Source: Nitrospirota bacterium (GTDB lineage Bacteria > Nitrospirota > Thermodesulfovibrionia > Thermodesulfovibrionales > UBA1546). From it: a stretch of DNA of 64,000 nt. Location of the stretch: assembly GCA_021824065.1 (NCBI GenBank), contig JAKALU010000002.1:11243-75242 (forward strand), given 5' to 3'. Shown here in pieces: positions 63,556-64,000 of the stretch. The translations under genes were made by a program, and so were the position numbers. The notes beneath the pieces are model-generated. The model saw only the letters and a list, made by a program, of their open reading frames with translations. It ran no database searches and was not told the origin of the DNA. Numbering within the stretch: position 1 is the stretch's first letter; each line of letters starts with the position of its first letter.

Positions 63556-64000
63556 ATGAGAAAGACTTTATTTATATTTTTTGTGTTTTTAATCATTTCC
63601 GGGAATGCGGTTTCAGCGCAGGAAATAGGTGTAGGAGAGGCAGAGGTCGTATCAGAAGAGGTATATACATTTCCTGTGATAAAACCAACGGGAAATATCT
63701 TTGGAGGCTATAGACTTGTTGATTACAGCGGTTCTGAAAGAGTTGAGGAGTATGAATATTTGCATGACTCCATTTCTCTTGGTGGGGAAGGATGGGCATT
63801 TCCATTTCCCCACAGGTTGCATTTCGAGATCGATGTGAAGAATAGAAAAGATTATTTCGGAGATGTTGGTTACTCGTATAAAGATATTGTTCTTTTCAGG
63901 GACATAAACAGGACGTTATTCCATAATCTCGAGAATATAAATCTTGTAGACCTCAATACAAGTACATCGTCACCAGGGGTAGATGTCAGAGATAAAGATA
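63556..64000 (+). CDS. secreted protein, 3'-truncated by window edge; candidate MtrB/PioB-like outer-membrane beta-barrel
   Basis: Translated by hand: MRKTLFIFFVFLIISGNAVSAQE.. signal peptide, then alternating aromatic/polar beta-strand-like sequence; SD aggagg; starts 12 nt after the cytochrome stop. Confidence 0.5.
   Translation, partial: MRKTLFIFFVFLIISGNAVSAQEIGVGEAEVVSEEVYTFPVIKPTGNIFGGYRLVDYSGSERVEEYEYLHDSISLGGEGWAFPFPHRLHFEIDVKNRKDYFGDVGYSYKDIVLFRDINRTLFHNLENINLVDLNTSTSSPGVDVRDKD

Overview
Bacterial chromosomal segment with low GC (about 40% in the 60-nt stretches I counted by hand). It is densely coded on both strands with roughly 63 protein genes. I saw no rRNA, tRNA, CRISPR array, transposase or integrase. 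All domain calls come from motif recognition by eye; no HMM or BLAST search was possible.

The backbone is housekeeping:
- NfeD-stomatin pair, rimP-nusA-recG, pilD plus a PAS histidine kinase, mutS, a DinG-type helicase
- nupC, an EndoQ-like nuclease, ktrB with a broken ktrA, hisH, pilT plus a DUF4388 protein
- a folK fusion, a dapL-like aminotransferase, an NtrC-type sigma-54 two-component pair, nnr, pgeF
- tsaE-nadK-udg-ubiX, glgB, an SLT transglycosylase, nadA, an L,D-transpeptidase, ppdK, dedA, a B12-type radical SAM enzyme
- a decaheme cytochrome plus outer-membrane porin pair that runs off the 3' edge

The gene content (sigma-54 regulation, multihaem cytochromes, PPDK, EndoQ, radical SAM) suggests an anaerobic Nitrospirota- or Deltaproteobacteria-like organism, but that guess has low confidence.

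Most unusual signals:
1. Several families of short palindromic or tandem repeat elements occur between genes. They also occur in frame inside at least five otherwise ordinary genes: the membrane spermidine-synthase-like gene, dinG (twice), the MidA methyltransferase, nnr and ubiX.
2. A compact minus-strand block (18.9-24.1 kb) combines a STAS-GHKL ATPase, a small Cys-motif protein, an AbiJ-like gene remnant, a GC-rich four-helix-bundle gene, a DinG-HEAT fusion and a STAS-like(DUF4325)-wHTH protein. I flag it as the best candidate for an undescribed module.
3. There are two sigma-54-type promoters. One is a perfect GG-N10-GC match with upstream tandem 20-mers.
4. Four genes have a -10 box placed 5-7 nt from the ATG with no Shine-Dalgarno sequence, which suggests leaderless transcripts.
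5. There are several decayed or fused genes (ktrA internal deletion, radical SAM stub, folK-hydrolase fusion, a TVP38 gene needing a +1 shift) and two GC-rich toxin-antitoxin islets.
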